A stretch of 64,000 nucleotides of DNA. It comes from Glycera tridactyla. Lineage: Eukaryota. Positions 23,176-35,964 of this stretch are shown here, piece after piece. The notes under the pieces were generated by a model, which was given only the letters and a program-made list of their open reading frames with translations, did no database searches and had not been told where the DNA came from. The DNA lies in NCBI GenBank assembly GCA_965644265.1, contig OZ286475.1, positions 14,756,001 to 14,820,000 on the forward strand, in the 5' to 3' direction. Numbering within the stretch: position 1 is the first letter of the stretch; every line of letters begins with the position of its first letter. The position numbers and the translations under genes were made by a program.

Positions 23176-24954
23176 ATGAGTGTATCAGTGCAAATTGTGC
23201 ATGACTGAAACTCCAATAATGTATTTAAAGAAGTATGCCTGGAGAGAGATATCAATTTGCAGTCTAAGGAGTTCTCAGATTGCAATGTGCTGCATTACCC
23301 AAATGATGTTCCCTATGATGTTAGATGTGAATTAACTCACGAAAGAGTTGTATCATGTTTAAATGCAAGTTTGTTGTAGTTTCTGATAATGTCTCGATGA
23401 AGGCGATCCACTTCTTTTGTGTGTGTGTGTTTCTGTGTGGGTGTGTTGTGTGTGTGTGTGTGTGTGTTTGTAATTAGTGCCCTTTGTGTGAAGGCACAGA
23501 TGGCGTTGGATACACTGTTTTTGACAGCTTTTTGCTATAATGGCAAAGCCATCATATATGCCTCTCACATATCGAATATGTATCATATTGCGGCAGAATT
23601 GCAAAATTTGATAATTGGCATTTGTACTATGTACCTTGGATGTACTTGTAGATGTTGTAACATAGATAAACGCAGAAAAAAGTTCCATATACATATTACC
23701 TCTGAATTGTCTATGTTGAACAAACTCAACTACTGTGTATTTCTTAAATTAAACATTGACTTCATAGATACTCTTTTAGCTTATCTCAACACCAACATCA
23801 GAAGCTCTTCGATACACCATTCCTAACAACTAAATCACCTGATGCACAGAGCATCTCTGAGGTGATGTAGGTGCCAAAAGGTCTTCTATGTGGTGACAGT
23901 TCAAAGAAGTAATACTAGTTGATTTTACATGAGCTTATAACATCACCTGTAAATGAAATGCACAAGGACTTTAATAGAGTAGTATCACTGTTCAGAAACT
24001 GAGCAAGAACCACCAAGTGAACATCACAAATATTCAGGTGTTGTATGATGCCATTTCTTGTTTCATCATATCTGCATTTTTATCTCATCCAATATGATGC
24101 AGTGTTTGAAGTGGCAGTGCTGCACTTTTTAAAAGGAATTTGCATAAGACTGAAATGTCGGCATCCAGACAGTTCCAACCTGCTCTGAATTATCTGTATA
24201 TTGTTGTGCATGTTGCTGACAAACATTATTTTCCCCACATTCTGTATTGAGAGTTTCTCTACAAATTATTGTCTCCTATATTATGTTCATGGCAATGATG
24301 GGACACTTACCCCCAAACACTTGCCTGCTCTTTTTTCAATCAAGCAGACTGTTCTATCTGTTCTGACCCATTGTTCATTTTGGTCAATGGCCAAGATGAG
24401 ATGGATTTCTCATGGAGACTGGCAGGAAATGTGATATTCACCCCTGCACAAATGCCAAAAGATTCACGGGAGATTTGTATCATGTTGTATTCTCAAGTTT
24501 GTTGTTGTTGTTGTATTATTCTTTGACCTATCACATGGCACAATGAATTCTGAAATGGAGCGAGCTTCTGAACATGTCTTGATGAAGCCAGTCCACTTCT
24601 TCTGTCGTTTCATCACTGCGAGGCACATTGTGGTGTAGTTTGGTCTGGCACCATTGTAAAGTTTGGCCAGGCACTGTGGTCGGCTGAGAGACTTGTTTTG
24701 TGATTTACCTTTGCCCTACTTGAAGAAAGGATGAATGTGGATGTATGAGTGAAAAGGGAAGGGTGTCGTGGTGAAGGTATGAGTGTATGTGTGTGTGTTC
24801 ATGTGCGTGAGTGGGGGGGTGGCCGCTTTTTAGATGTTATTTACAGTTCTGAGTGAATTTTCCAATAAAGCTTTGGTAGTGACCAAGTGCATTTTGTCGT
24901 TTTTCACTATTCAAATAACCTCAGGCTCCTCATAGCTTTTCTTCTGTGTGCACG
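23176..24954 (-). pseudogene. Decayed multi-exon gene of unknown product, antisense within the transposon core
   Basis: Exon-like blocks with GT-AG ends: 24845-24954 (phase 1-0), 24715-~24530 (phase 0 start, open for more than 60 codons), 23839-23946 (108 nt, phase 1-1), 23176-23312 (phase 1-0). Isolated TGA/TAG stops interrupt otherwise protein-like frames. It may extend to ~22240. Confidence 0.5.
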
Positions 24955-25050
24955 CTGAAAAGTGGCACACTGAATGTGGAAATCTTCATCACCAAATTTT
25001 GTCCCAAAATTTTCCAATTGATGTCAAATTTGTCCCATTTATGTTGGTCA

Positions 25051-25205
25051 GGACCTACCTACCTACATACCTCCCAACCTACCTACCTACCTACCTACCT
25101 ACTTACCTACCTGCCTACCTACCTACCTACCTACATTCACACCTACATACCTACCTACCTACATTCACACCTACAAACCTACCTCTATACATACCTACCT
25201 ACCTG
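25051..25205. repeat. (CTAC)n microsatellite
   Basis: Direct observation. Confidence 0.95.
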
Positions 25206-25268
25206 CTTACCATTCATTATACGGTGGCTGCCAAATTGACCTTACATTGGTGTGAACCTGTACAGGAA

Positions 25269-28200
25269 ATGCCATATGCAGTTGTGGAGTTTAAAGATGA
25301 GGATGATGCGGTGGACATGGTGCCAATGTGCTGGCTGCCCAACAACAGCCAGTGCATGTGGCCTCCCTCACATCTCCTTGGACGACTACAGCAGATGAAG
25401 ATGAGAGAGCAGCGGCCAGACGAGACCTGGACGCCCAATCGTGTAGTCATTCTCTGTCAGAGCGGTGAGCCTAATCAGATCATCTGCTGTATAATGATTT
25501 GAATCAACAGCTCATCTCCTAATCTGTATCCACATCATTTTGACAAAATTACTAGATTCATCACATCACACAAATGGGATGTCATTGCTGAATCAAGAGT
25601 CAGCGATAATTGGTTTAGTAAGAGTAATAATTTGAGCATTTGTAACAGCAGCAACAGCAGCAGTAGTGCAGTGTATACCTTCTATTTCGAACCTAGAGTT
25701 CTATTGACTTCATTTCTCAGAAGAGGTACATTTGACTGATTGTATTGGTATGTATGTTTGTTTGTTTGAGTTTAACGTCACTTGAACCCATGTGTCCCAA
25801 GTAAAGGGCATTCCACAATATAGCATCCCTACCACTATGTATGTTTTTTCTTTGAATTGCAGCAACATACGAAGGAGCTAGAAAAAAACTGCGAAAGGCG
25901 ACAGAAACTTCAGACCTCGACACCACAGATGACGATGTCCTTCGAAAAAGAAGGTAGGTAAATCCATGAGGTGTTTTTTGTTACAAACAGGATTTGTATC
26001 AGAACCTCAGTTAGGTCATTGAGATTATGTGCACTGAAATGTATTCACCAATGACTAGTGACTCATGACAAGTGCCAATTATATTCATGGAATGGAAATA
26101 AATGGCTTACATGTTATTCTTTGGTGATTTGGAAGGTCTAAGTGGCCTAGTCTCAAGTCAATCGTGAAAAAACATGTTTTTTGAGAATGTCTCCCATCAT
26201 AATTCAGTCCAAGGAAATACAGAACATGAAAGACCATCGATGCCATCACTAACATGACCACCATTGCCACGGACACTGCCAACACCACCACCGGACCCCT
26301 ACCACCACCATTGGTTGAGAAAGGGTGGAGAATGGTGAGAGATGGGTGGGAGGAAGGGATTGCACGAGGAGGGAGAGGAGGAGGGTTGGAGAAGAGACGG
26401 AGAAGGCTTGGCTGGTCACATATCTAGTTTCACCAAGAAAATAACGATAGCAACTCTGTTTTTAGATATGATATGTCTCTCTCCCCAGCTTCATTTTCTG
26501 TCACAAACTCATTTTTCATGAAGATGACATTTAGACTCCTCTAATTAACAAGGGATGGTGTAGTATTTGTGACAAAGTGTATGGCCCCTATCCCAGACTA
26601 TCACCAGTAGCATTCATGTTTATTTTTCAGACCCACGCAGTATAATACTGTTGAGGAAGAAGAGCCACGTAAGAAACAAAGAAGGGCTACTTCAAAGCCT
26701 TTGCCGCCTCCTCCGGTATTCACAACATCAATCTCAAGTAATGCACCTAGCTTCTCGCAACCTGACTCTGCAAATGCACAAGGTAATTTTCATAATTTCT
26801 GTAAACCTAAACATCACACAAACATACACCAACAGTTACCGGCATGAGGTTTCACATCAAGCTTTGAAGTGCTTAGTGAGAGTGAATGTTACTCACTACA
26901 CCATGATTGCAGGTAAAAGATGGTTTCCTCAATGATTGCGAGAAATGGGAAAGCCAGCAACAAAATTGCGAATATTGTAATGCAAAAATAAGTTACTTGT
27001 CTTTTGTAGTATTCACATTTTAAACAGTGAACTAATAATGATAAGTATAACGTTAGGTCACATATTTCAGTTTCTACTTTGTCGCGAGGTACTTTTCTGT
27101 GTCTGTTCAAAGGCAGCCATGCTTGTAACTGTGTAATTCCTGGTGCGTTGCATGGTATATTAGCCCAGATTTCATCTTTAAATTGCTTCTGTACACATCT
27201 TGATTTCTGACTGAATAAGGGGAAATGCAATGCTGGCCTGCTTGGTAGGCAACTCATCAGCATGTGCTTGGCATTATTGTGAAGAACATGCAATGTACAT
27301 GGTGGTAACATTCAAGGTTCTCACCCCAGGTTTCTTGGCAGAAAAATAATTTTTATAGCATTCTCCAATATTTCTCCCATACTGCCGGGCTGATGACATG
27401 GGATGGGAATATTTGTATCAATAATATCTTTTAATTTCTTTTTCTATATAGATTAGGTATCTCTAGTTGGTTTGGCTGTATATTCTAAATGCTGGCATAT
27501 ATTGGGATGTTAGCTGAATATCATGACAGTGGATTTCCTTTTGCACCATAAATGGTTCATCAATTCTCTTCACAGCAGCTGTTATTAGCAGCTGAATAAT
27601 GTTATCATTTTTCTTTCAATTAAGGTCCTTCACCGAGGACATATGCAAGTGCAGATTCGCCACAGGCTCCCTCAATTGATCTAAGTGGTATGTATTATCG
27701 TGTTCATAATACAAAGAATATGTCAGGACATATGTCATGCTTCCAGACCGAATGAAAGCAATCAAAAATGGAACAGAATATCAAGAATTGAAATGGTTGA
27801 CGAAGCAACGGGAGGTGAACTAATGCCAGATGTCAGATATGAGCTAGATCAATAACAAAAATAATTAGATCCATGGGATGGATAATTGATGTGAATTTCA
27901 TATGAAACACACTATGTTGTGATGTTGACTGTGATCATCAGATCTGTGGGGCATCAGTGCTGATACCTCATCCCTCAGTAATTGACATCTGCCTGAATTA
28001 TAACCACCTTATGTACATGTTACAGAAAGAGATAGGGTCATCTTGCAAGCCCTCGAGGAAATCAAAGGCCAGGTCCGTCAAAACACGCTATTGCTCCAAG
28101 CAATTACCAAGCAGCAGGAGCCACTCAGGGCAAGATCAACTCATGAGCTGTCCTTTCCCATGTCCACCATCGATGACACCACTATTGTGGAGGCTGCGCT

Positions 28201-29911
28201 TCTTGATAGGGGGATAAGAAAGGCACTGGTAAGGTATTGATTCTACTCTGGTGATCAACTTCATTGAAGTACATACTCACATGAGTACCAATGCGTATAG
28301 TAAACTGCTCCAATTGGGTTGATAAAATCTCATTCCTGAAGTTTAGCCACCAGTTTGGCAACCATGCTTGTTTGCTTTTAGCTTGCATGAACAGGAAACT
28401 CTGAGTGCCAGCCAGGTCATTCGAGGAAATAGCAATTGGAAATGGTTTATATGTGCTGAACAACTTTGACTGGCAACTCCTCACTCTATCTCTTGGTTAC
28501 AAGACAAAGTGACCGATTACAAATGATTTTTGTTTTATGACTGTCTTTCTGTCAGTAATATGTCTTGGGTGTTACATGTCTACAATCAACCATCATCCAT
28601 TATTCAGGAGAAGCGAATAGTATGCTGAAAAGGATTTACTTTCAGATGACTGAATTGGCCAGCCTAGGTGGTGTGAACTGTAGTGATTGTGTACAGAGGA
28701 TTATGATCCATGTGATGACAAACGGTTTGGCCTGCCAGTTCAATTGGAAGGGGCGTGGAACCAAGTCAGCATTCACAAAACTGACCCTTGCGAAAGTTGT
28801 TAAAGGTAAAATCTTTTCTCTCCAATGCCCATTTCACAGGTGTCTCAATGTAGCTTGGATGGCGCTCATGAGATGTCATACAGTCAAGCAACAAGCTATG
28901 AATAGAGCTAGGTGAAATCTGTGTTCTTATATCCACGGATAATTTTAGATTTGCTTCTATGACACTTGCTGGTGGCTATACTGATAAAACCATGCTGAAT
29001 GGCAAGCCAACATCAGCATGGGTATGCTTACATGCTTGTCTAATGGGGCCCCAACGAAAGGCACGCTTTACGTTGTGGGTCGTCAACCAATTAAACCCTC
29101 AAGAGTAATTGCAAGGTCCGTCCTTGGATGATGGCTTGGTTGGATGGCGGATCAGTCATTTGGTTGGCTACACACATCACAAGAAGTCAGAAGTATGGAC
29201 TGCAGACATTGTGTATGACGAAGGGAAAGAAGAAGGTCGAGCATCCTAATTTCTGTCCACAAAATTCATAATCTCACTGCACTGCCTGATGATTTAGATG
29301 CAATGTCTCATAATAGGGCGAGGATGAACACATATCTTAACTTAGAACTCATTCATTTCATAGATGCAGCAAGGAAGAATGGATACACTGACGCATTAGT
29401 GGAAGAACGCATCAAACGGTGGCTGAAATATGCCGGAGATTGTGACGGGGGCAGGATGAGGAGGGTGACACCCAGCACTGGTAAGCTATGCATCAATAAT
29501 CATGAAATAATTGTCATATACAGTTGGACCTGCTTGAGAGATAACCCCTCCATAAAGATCATCTGCCTACAACAGCCACCAGGAGCTACAATTTCAAAAG
29601 TATTTTCAGCAGTTGGCCTTTATGAACAGAGTTGACATAGATGGCTGTATCACCACTGTTTCATATACAAATATGTGCCAACAATGCCGGTGGATTCGCC
29701 AAAAAAAACAACAATGAAATGATGGTGCATCCTCTTCAAAAGCATGCAGATTAGCTGAAATCAGGTTCAATGATCACCGGAAGGTCTATATATTCCATTT
29801 GTGCCATTGAAACTGAAATTGGACAAAAAATGGTGAATGATATGCTGTTGGTTTGTTGTAGTGATCCCTCCTCCTGTTGATGAGACGTCAGATGAAGATA
29901 GCTCTAACTGA
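25269..29911 (+). CDS. Intact 8-exon transposon accessory gene, DUF4806-like, 343 aa
   Basis: Exons 25269-25464, 25863-25953, 26631-26782, 27625-27687, 28026-28228, 28646-28805, 29364-29480, 29862-29911. All introns are GT-AG with matching phases (1,2,1,1,0,1,1), giving 1032 nt with no internal stop, and AATAAA lies at 29984. N-terminus YAVVEF...VPMCW...WPP and C-terminus LASLGG...RIM...FNWKG...K..F..L...IKRWLKYAGD.DGGR match my recollection of DUF4806 proteins (needs HMM confirmation). Confidence 0.8.
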
Positions 29912-30434
29912 TACATGGATGCATCGAAGACATGATTGATACACCTGATTGATCGATTGATGAAGAGTTATGTATCATTGTGGAATAAATTTGGGATATG
30001 TAAGAAGATCTTGGTCTTGTTTGATAAACTACTTAGCCAGTTGATACATGTCTCCTCAACACAAACCACCACACCCACCACCTGTCATGCTGCTGTCGTC
30101 AACACCACCACCACCACCACCACCACCACCACCACCCAACTGCCACCACGACTGTCGCTGCCACTACCACCATCACCACCACTATCTATGCCGTCGCCAC
30201 CACACCAACCACCACATACCTAGCTAGCGAGTCCCCGAGGAAATGTTTATACGTATTAGTCAACCCTAGTGATGATTTGACAAAGTATACTCTAGCCCCT
30301 TAGTTCAAGATTTAAATATGGGGCTATTTGAACCACATGTGAAGGTGGGTTAGATTCAGGAAATTTGGCCAGGTTTCGGGAAATAATGTCTTAGTGCACG
30401 TGATTCATGGACGACTGCCAGTAGCTGTTGGTGT

Positions 30435-33400
30435 CCTGCGTGGCCTAGTTGGTTAGACACTGGCTGAGTAATCAGAACGAAGTGGTACGGTGCACGACTA
30501 GTCGGTTGGGAATACATATCACAACAGAGGGCGCTGCTCACCCAACTTTTCGTGCGAGGAGCAGGCCCACGATCACACGGTTGGGCGCCGAACCTTTGAT
30601 GAGGTCGGGTGGTCAGGTGTTATGAGGTCGGGTGTTAGGTGCACGTACGTGGTCGGGTGACAGGTGGAAGGGTGACAATATTGGTCAGACCATGTTCTGC
30701 AACTTTATTTTATTTGTAATCTGTGTGGCCAAGTTGGTTAGATGCTGGCCAGGTAAACCACAGGTCGCCGGTTCAAATCTGCTAATGGACACATAAATTT
30801 TCATCCAGAAACATCTTGATTTTATCTATAATCCATCATTTCACTGCCTAAACTGTTAAAAATGTATGTGTACTTGGTGAATTGATTAATTGAATTCCTA
30901 CTACTCATATTTTACATTTTTTCACATTTTTTTATTCAGGATCATAATCAGAATCATAATTGTTTTGCGATGATTATTTTGTTAACATTTTTGTTTCAGG
31001 TTTGTCTGGAGAATAGATCTTCGAAATTATAATGATGATCATTGGGTTTTGGAGCTCTCTTGATGATAAGATCATCATAAATAAATGGCAAAATGAGAAA
31101 AAAAAATCCAGATGCTAGCAGATTTGAACAGGGGAACCTTAATTTGCCAGGCCAGTGCCGCGGGAAAGGAGGATAATGCGTCTGTATGAAAAATCATCTT
31201 GGTCAGTGGCTGAATTGAACCGCCGACCTATTGCATACATAGCCAGTGCCTAACCAAGTAGGCCACAGGTCTTCTGGGGAACTTAACATCATAATCAACC
31301 ATTAAGATGTTTGAAATAGTTCTGATACCACACAGTGTGTGTAGAATTGAGGGAATGCCAGCCACTTTGATGTGCATACTGCTTCTGTTGATCATGCAAT
31401 AGAAAGAGGGACTGCTGCGCGGGCTACATTAATCATACATCTACTGCTTAGAATTCCATTTTTTGACAAGATATCTAATTGTCCAGGTTTACATGGGAAC
31501 GAGAGGAGATGACACCTGACATCAACTCACTTCACTTTACGACTGACCTCCAGAACATGGTCTGGTTAATATTCATGATGATCAGGTCAGTAAGGCTTGA
31601 TTTCTTGGCCTAGTTGGGTAGACATAGGCCAAGTAATCCGTAGGTCGCCGGTTTAAACCCCCTAATGAATGCATCAATTTTTATTCAGAAACATCTTTAA
31701 TTTATCATTTTGCTGCCTGAAATATCTTTGCGGTGAGTAGTGTCATTGCCTTTCGCCCACCAATCTGCCTTAATCAAGTACGGGGTGGGGGGAAGGTGTT
31801 AATCTTTGATGTGAGTGCATGTCACCTATCACTCCCATGCTCTCCGTAATCGAGTGCGGGTGGTGTTTTCAACGAGATCATTATCATGAACTTGATGTGT
31901 CAGATATTGTCAAACTTTAGCTTCATATATCTGATCCCCATGGATGTTAAGGAGGTCATGTTCTGCAATTGAACAATTTGGATCCTGCATGGCCCAGTTG
32001 GTTGGGCACTGGCCATGTAAGCAAGAGGTCAGCGGTTCAATTCAGGGACTGGCTTGGATAACTTTTCATACAGAAACATTACCTGTGGCCATTCTAAACA
32101 GTTCAAAAGTGAAGAATTAGATATCTTGTTGAAAATTATAAAGAAAAATCGGGATGGCCCATTTCACCACACCATGTGAAAAAATGTCCATTGAAAAACC
32201 AGAATGCCAGCTACTTGACATAATTTTCAGTGATCCTGGCCATTCAATCTTCGGTTGAAGGTTTGATTCCCGCATCAACTTTTCAATAGTCATTTCTCCC
32301 ACATAGTGCCTCACTTTCTGCAATAGAAATAATGCGGGACTTGTTTATTGTGCAATATTTAGATTAGATATCTTGTTGAAAACACTTCCACTCTGTACTC
32401 GAGCACGGGAGCAGTGAGCATGGGAGTGAGAGGCAATGACACTACTCACATCAGAGACATTTCCGGCAGCAAAATGATAAATTATGTATGAAACATAGAT
32501 GTTTCTGAATGAAAATTCATACTTATACTAGGGGATTTGAACCGGCGACCTATAGATTACTCGGCCAGCATCTAACCAACTAGGCTACACGGGACACGGG
32601 CTATTTCATGGTCTAGCCAATATCCATTGTGATCAGGTGTTAGTCAATGTGATCTTTAGGTTGCCGGTTCAAACCTGTTGATTGACAAAAAACTGTTCAT
32701 CCAGGAACATCTTGATTTTATCTAAAACCTATTGTTTTACTGCCTAAAATGCTAAAAAGTGAGTCAACGTGTGAAAAAATATTTTCATTGAAACCTCAGG
32801 AATTCTCCATCACTTTACCAACTTGGCCACGCAGGTCACAGTTGCAGCAAAGTTTCAGAACATGGTCTGGTTGATATTCATATACAAATAGTTTATTTGT
32901 ACCTTACCAACAATACATGACTATATATATGCAATGAAATGCCCGTGAGTAACACAGGCCTGCATGGCTTAGTCGGTTAGTCACTGGCCATCCAGTCATC
33001 AAGTCGGCGGTTCGACTCCCCTACCAGTCACCTAATTTTTTTCATGATGATCCGCCAGATCAGTGTTTCAGCATCTCTCTATTCCCAAAAATGGTGTTTG
33101 TGAGCGAATTGCCATTTTATCTATGACATCATCATTTAATGAGGATAAAATGAATGTTGTGACCTGTTGGCATTCAAAGCAGTTTCAAAGTGAAAAAGTG
33201 ATAGATCTTTGAAGGATTTGAACCGAGTCTTTCAGAATAAAGAGACAGCAGCCCAACCATATAGGCTACATGTTCATCAGGTTTGTTGGGCAAAAACTGA
33301 GTGTAGCTTCAATGGTCTGTGTGCTTCCTCGGGTACAAGCGGTCTCGGAACATTTCTCTCCCATATTTGCCAATAGTTAATATAACAAGATATCGCATTT

Positions 33401-35705
33401 TATCCCCATAAAATGATAATGTCATGGTTAAACATATGTTGAAATATCAGGGAATGGTCTTGTGAATATTGATGTTCAAGAGGAGCATTCCTTCGTGGCC
33501 TAGTTGGTTAAACGCAGGCCAGGTAAACGACGGGTGGCCGGTTCAAAGCTTCAATGATCTGGATATATTTTTGTGGTAAGACGGCCTTGGCCGGATTCCA
33601 CATTCAGGGCAAGTGCTTCGCTGAGATTGCAAAACGGTGGTGTTTGTTTATCTGGAATTGAAAGGGTCCTACCAAGTGAGGGAATGCCAGCATTTTGAAC
33701 TCCATTCAGGGTATGACTGAATAGATGAAAAATATATTGTTCGATTTGGGTGACCGAAATTGGATGTTATTTTACCAATATGCAATGATACAGAGACAAA
33801 GGTGAACAATTTTTGACATTCGTGGGCTGCCATAAGCTGACATGGGATACAGAGAGTGCATGAAACTCTCGACCACTTTACAAATATTCATTCATACAAG
33901 CAAGGTAGACCATCAAATTATCAAATGGCATGCATGTTGTTTGTTTATTGTTAATGCAAATAGAAGCTGGCATAGGATTCACATTTGGGCTATTGACTGA
34001 GATTGTTTATGGAATTTCACTCCAGTAACACCTGGCATATTAAAGGCTTCAGCAGCACTTCCTGTACATGCTTGTGTGTTGGTCAGTGCAGGTGAGTTAG
34101 GTCAGCGTGCTCATTTCAGTATGTACTCAGTGTTCAACTCTGTTCCAGGTTCAGATGCCTTGCGCACATTCCCATAGCTCTGTACTAACTGGGCCTTACT
34201 TCCTATCCCCTATCCCCTATCCCAACTGTGAATGAAACTGACTGTAGGCACACAGTCGGCTGTCACGCCTCCCCCTCCTCAAGCTCACTGGAGCTAGAGG
34301 GGTGGCTGGCAGGCAGGGCGCACCAGTCAGACTAACGCAGGCCACCACCGCCACTGCTGGGCACAACACACGCTGTCCAACACCTGAGCCGGAACAGCAT
34401 CTTGTAAACACAGTACACATGGTCCCACCACATGGACTTCTATTGTACGTTGTATCTCACCCATTTACTGCTGCTTCTTACTGTGTGTGTGTGTGTGTGT
34501 GTGGGTGTGTGTGGGTGTGTGTGGTGTGTGGGTGCGTGTGTATGCCCACCCTCCTACCCATCCACCCACATACACCCTCACCCAGCTAATCACCCACCTA
34601 CCCATCCAACCACCCACCAACCTACCCACCCAACTACCCACCCACCTACCCACCCACCTACCTAACCACCCATCTACCTACCCACCCACCCACCCACCAC
34701 CCACCTACCAACCCACCTACTGACCTACCCACCCACCCACCTACCTGCCCTTCTGCCCATCCACCTACCCAACCACCCACCTATGCACCCACCTACCCAC
34801 TCACTTAACTACCCACCCACCCACCTACCCACCAACCTACCCACCCAGCTACCAAGCTACCCATCCATCGACTTACCCATGCCTACCTACCCAACTACCC
34901 ACCCACTTACCTACCCACCCATCTACCCAACTACCTACCCACCCAACTACCGCCACACCCATCTACCTACCCACCTACCCACCCTCCTACCCACCCACCT
35001 ACCTACCCACCTACCTACCCACCCACCACCCACCTACCCACCTATATATTCACCCACCTATCTACTCACCCACCTACCTACCCACCCACCTACCCACCAA
35101 CCGACACCCACCCACCTACCCACCATCCGACCCACCAACTAACCACCCAACCATCAAGTTCATCCGCTTGCCGCTTACCATTTCAGGCCTACAGGCCTAG
35201 TTACTTGTTTTGTCGTTTAGTTATGATGATCTTATCATCTAGACGGCTTCAAACACAGTGATTAAGTGTAGAAATTTTGTTTTTGAAGAGTCCTGAGATC
35301 ACGATGGTGAACTTATTGTAATGGCCAAACTGGCAAGGTTGCTGCATAGCTACACAAAAAACTGCCGGTTCTAACCCCCAATAGATATAAAAAAAATTCC
35401 ACTCAGAAACTATCTAGAATTCCAATTTTCAATGGAATTCCATATTTCAGGCGTTCCTCTTTTTCACAATGTATGATACATTATGCATGATCAAATACAT
35501 GAAGTCGGTCTATACATGCCATTTGTAATGTTGATATATATCTATGTTTCGTTTTCATATCACTTTTTAACATTTTAGGCAGCAAAATGATGAATTACAG
35601 ATACAATCAAAATTTTTCTGAATGAAAAGTTATAAGTCACGTGGCAGATTTGAACCGGCGACCTATGCATTACACGGCCAGCGTCGATCCAATTAGGCTA
35701 CGAGT
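30435..35705. ncRNA. Right-arm tRNA-Thr-like Pol III modules (about 30437+, 30724+, 31210-, 31605+, 31988+, 32530-, 32962+, 33212-, 33494+, 35643-)
   Basis: Same A-box/B-box consensus and spacing as the left-arm modules. Several share the downstream body CAGAAACATCTTGATTTTATCT. Confidence 0.6.
34480..35200 (+). mobile_element. Repeat carrying a long (CCCA/CCTA)n tract and ending ...CAGGCCTAG|T (Helitron-like)
   Basis: The unique 3' segment CCAACCATCAAGTTCATCC...CAGGCCTAGTT recurs inverted at 53438-53495, and homology stops right after CTAGTT. Left boundary approximate. Confidence 0.45.
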
Positions 35706-35964
35706 GGCCATCGAAATCTACGAACGCGTCTAGAGGATGAAGGGGCTGGCATTCTGATCAGTGGTCGGGAGACCCGCATGATCTGTGGTCGGGCGAGTAT
35801 GTCCACCCGATCAGCGATTGAGGGGTCCACTCGACCAGTGGTCATGTGGGCAGGTGCATGCAGGTGAGCTGGCTCCGCACCTGACTATTCATACCGTTAT
35901 ACCCTACACTGTACAAGTGGATGCTCACACGACTCGTCGTCCGCCCAAACCAGACCTAAACCTA

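Noticed and set aside
30724-30785. Functional tRNA-Thr genes
   Set aside because: No U33, only about 3 of 5 anticodon-stem pairs, and no clear acceptor stem.
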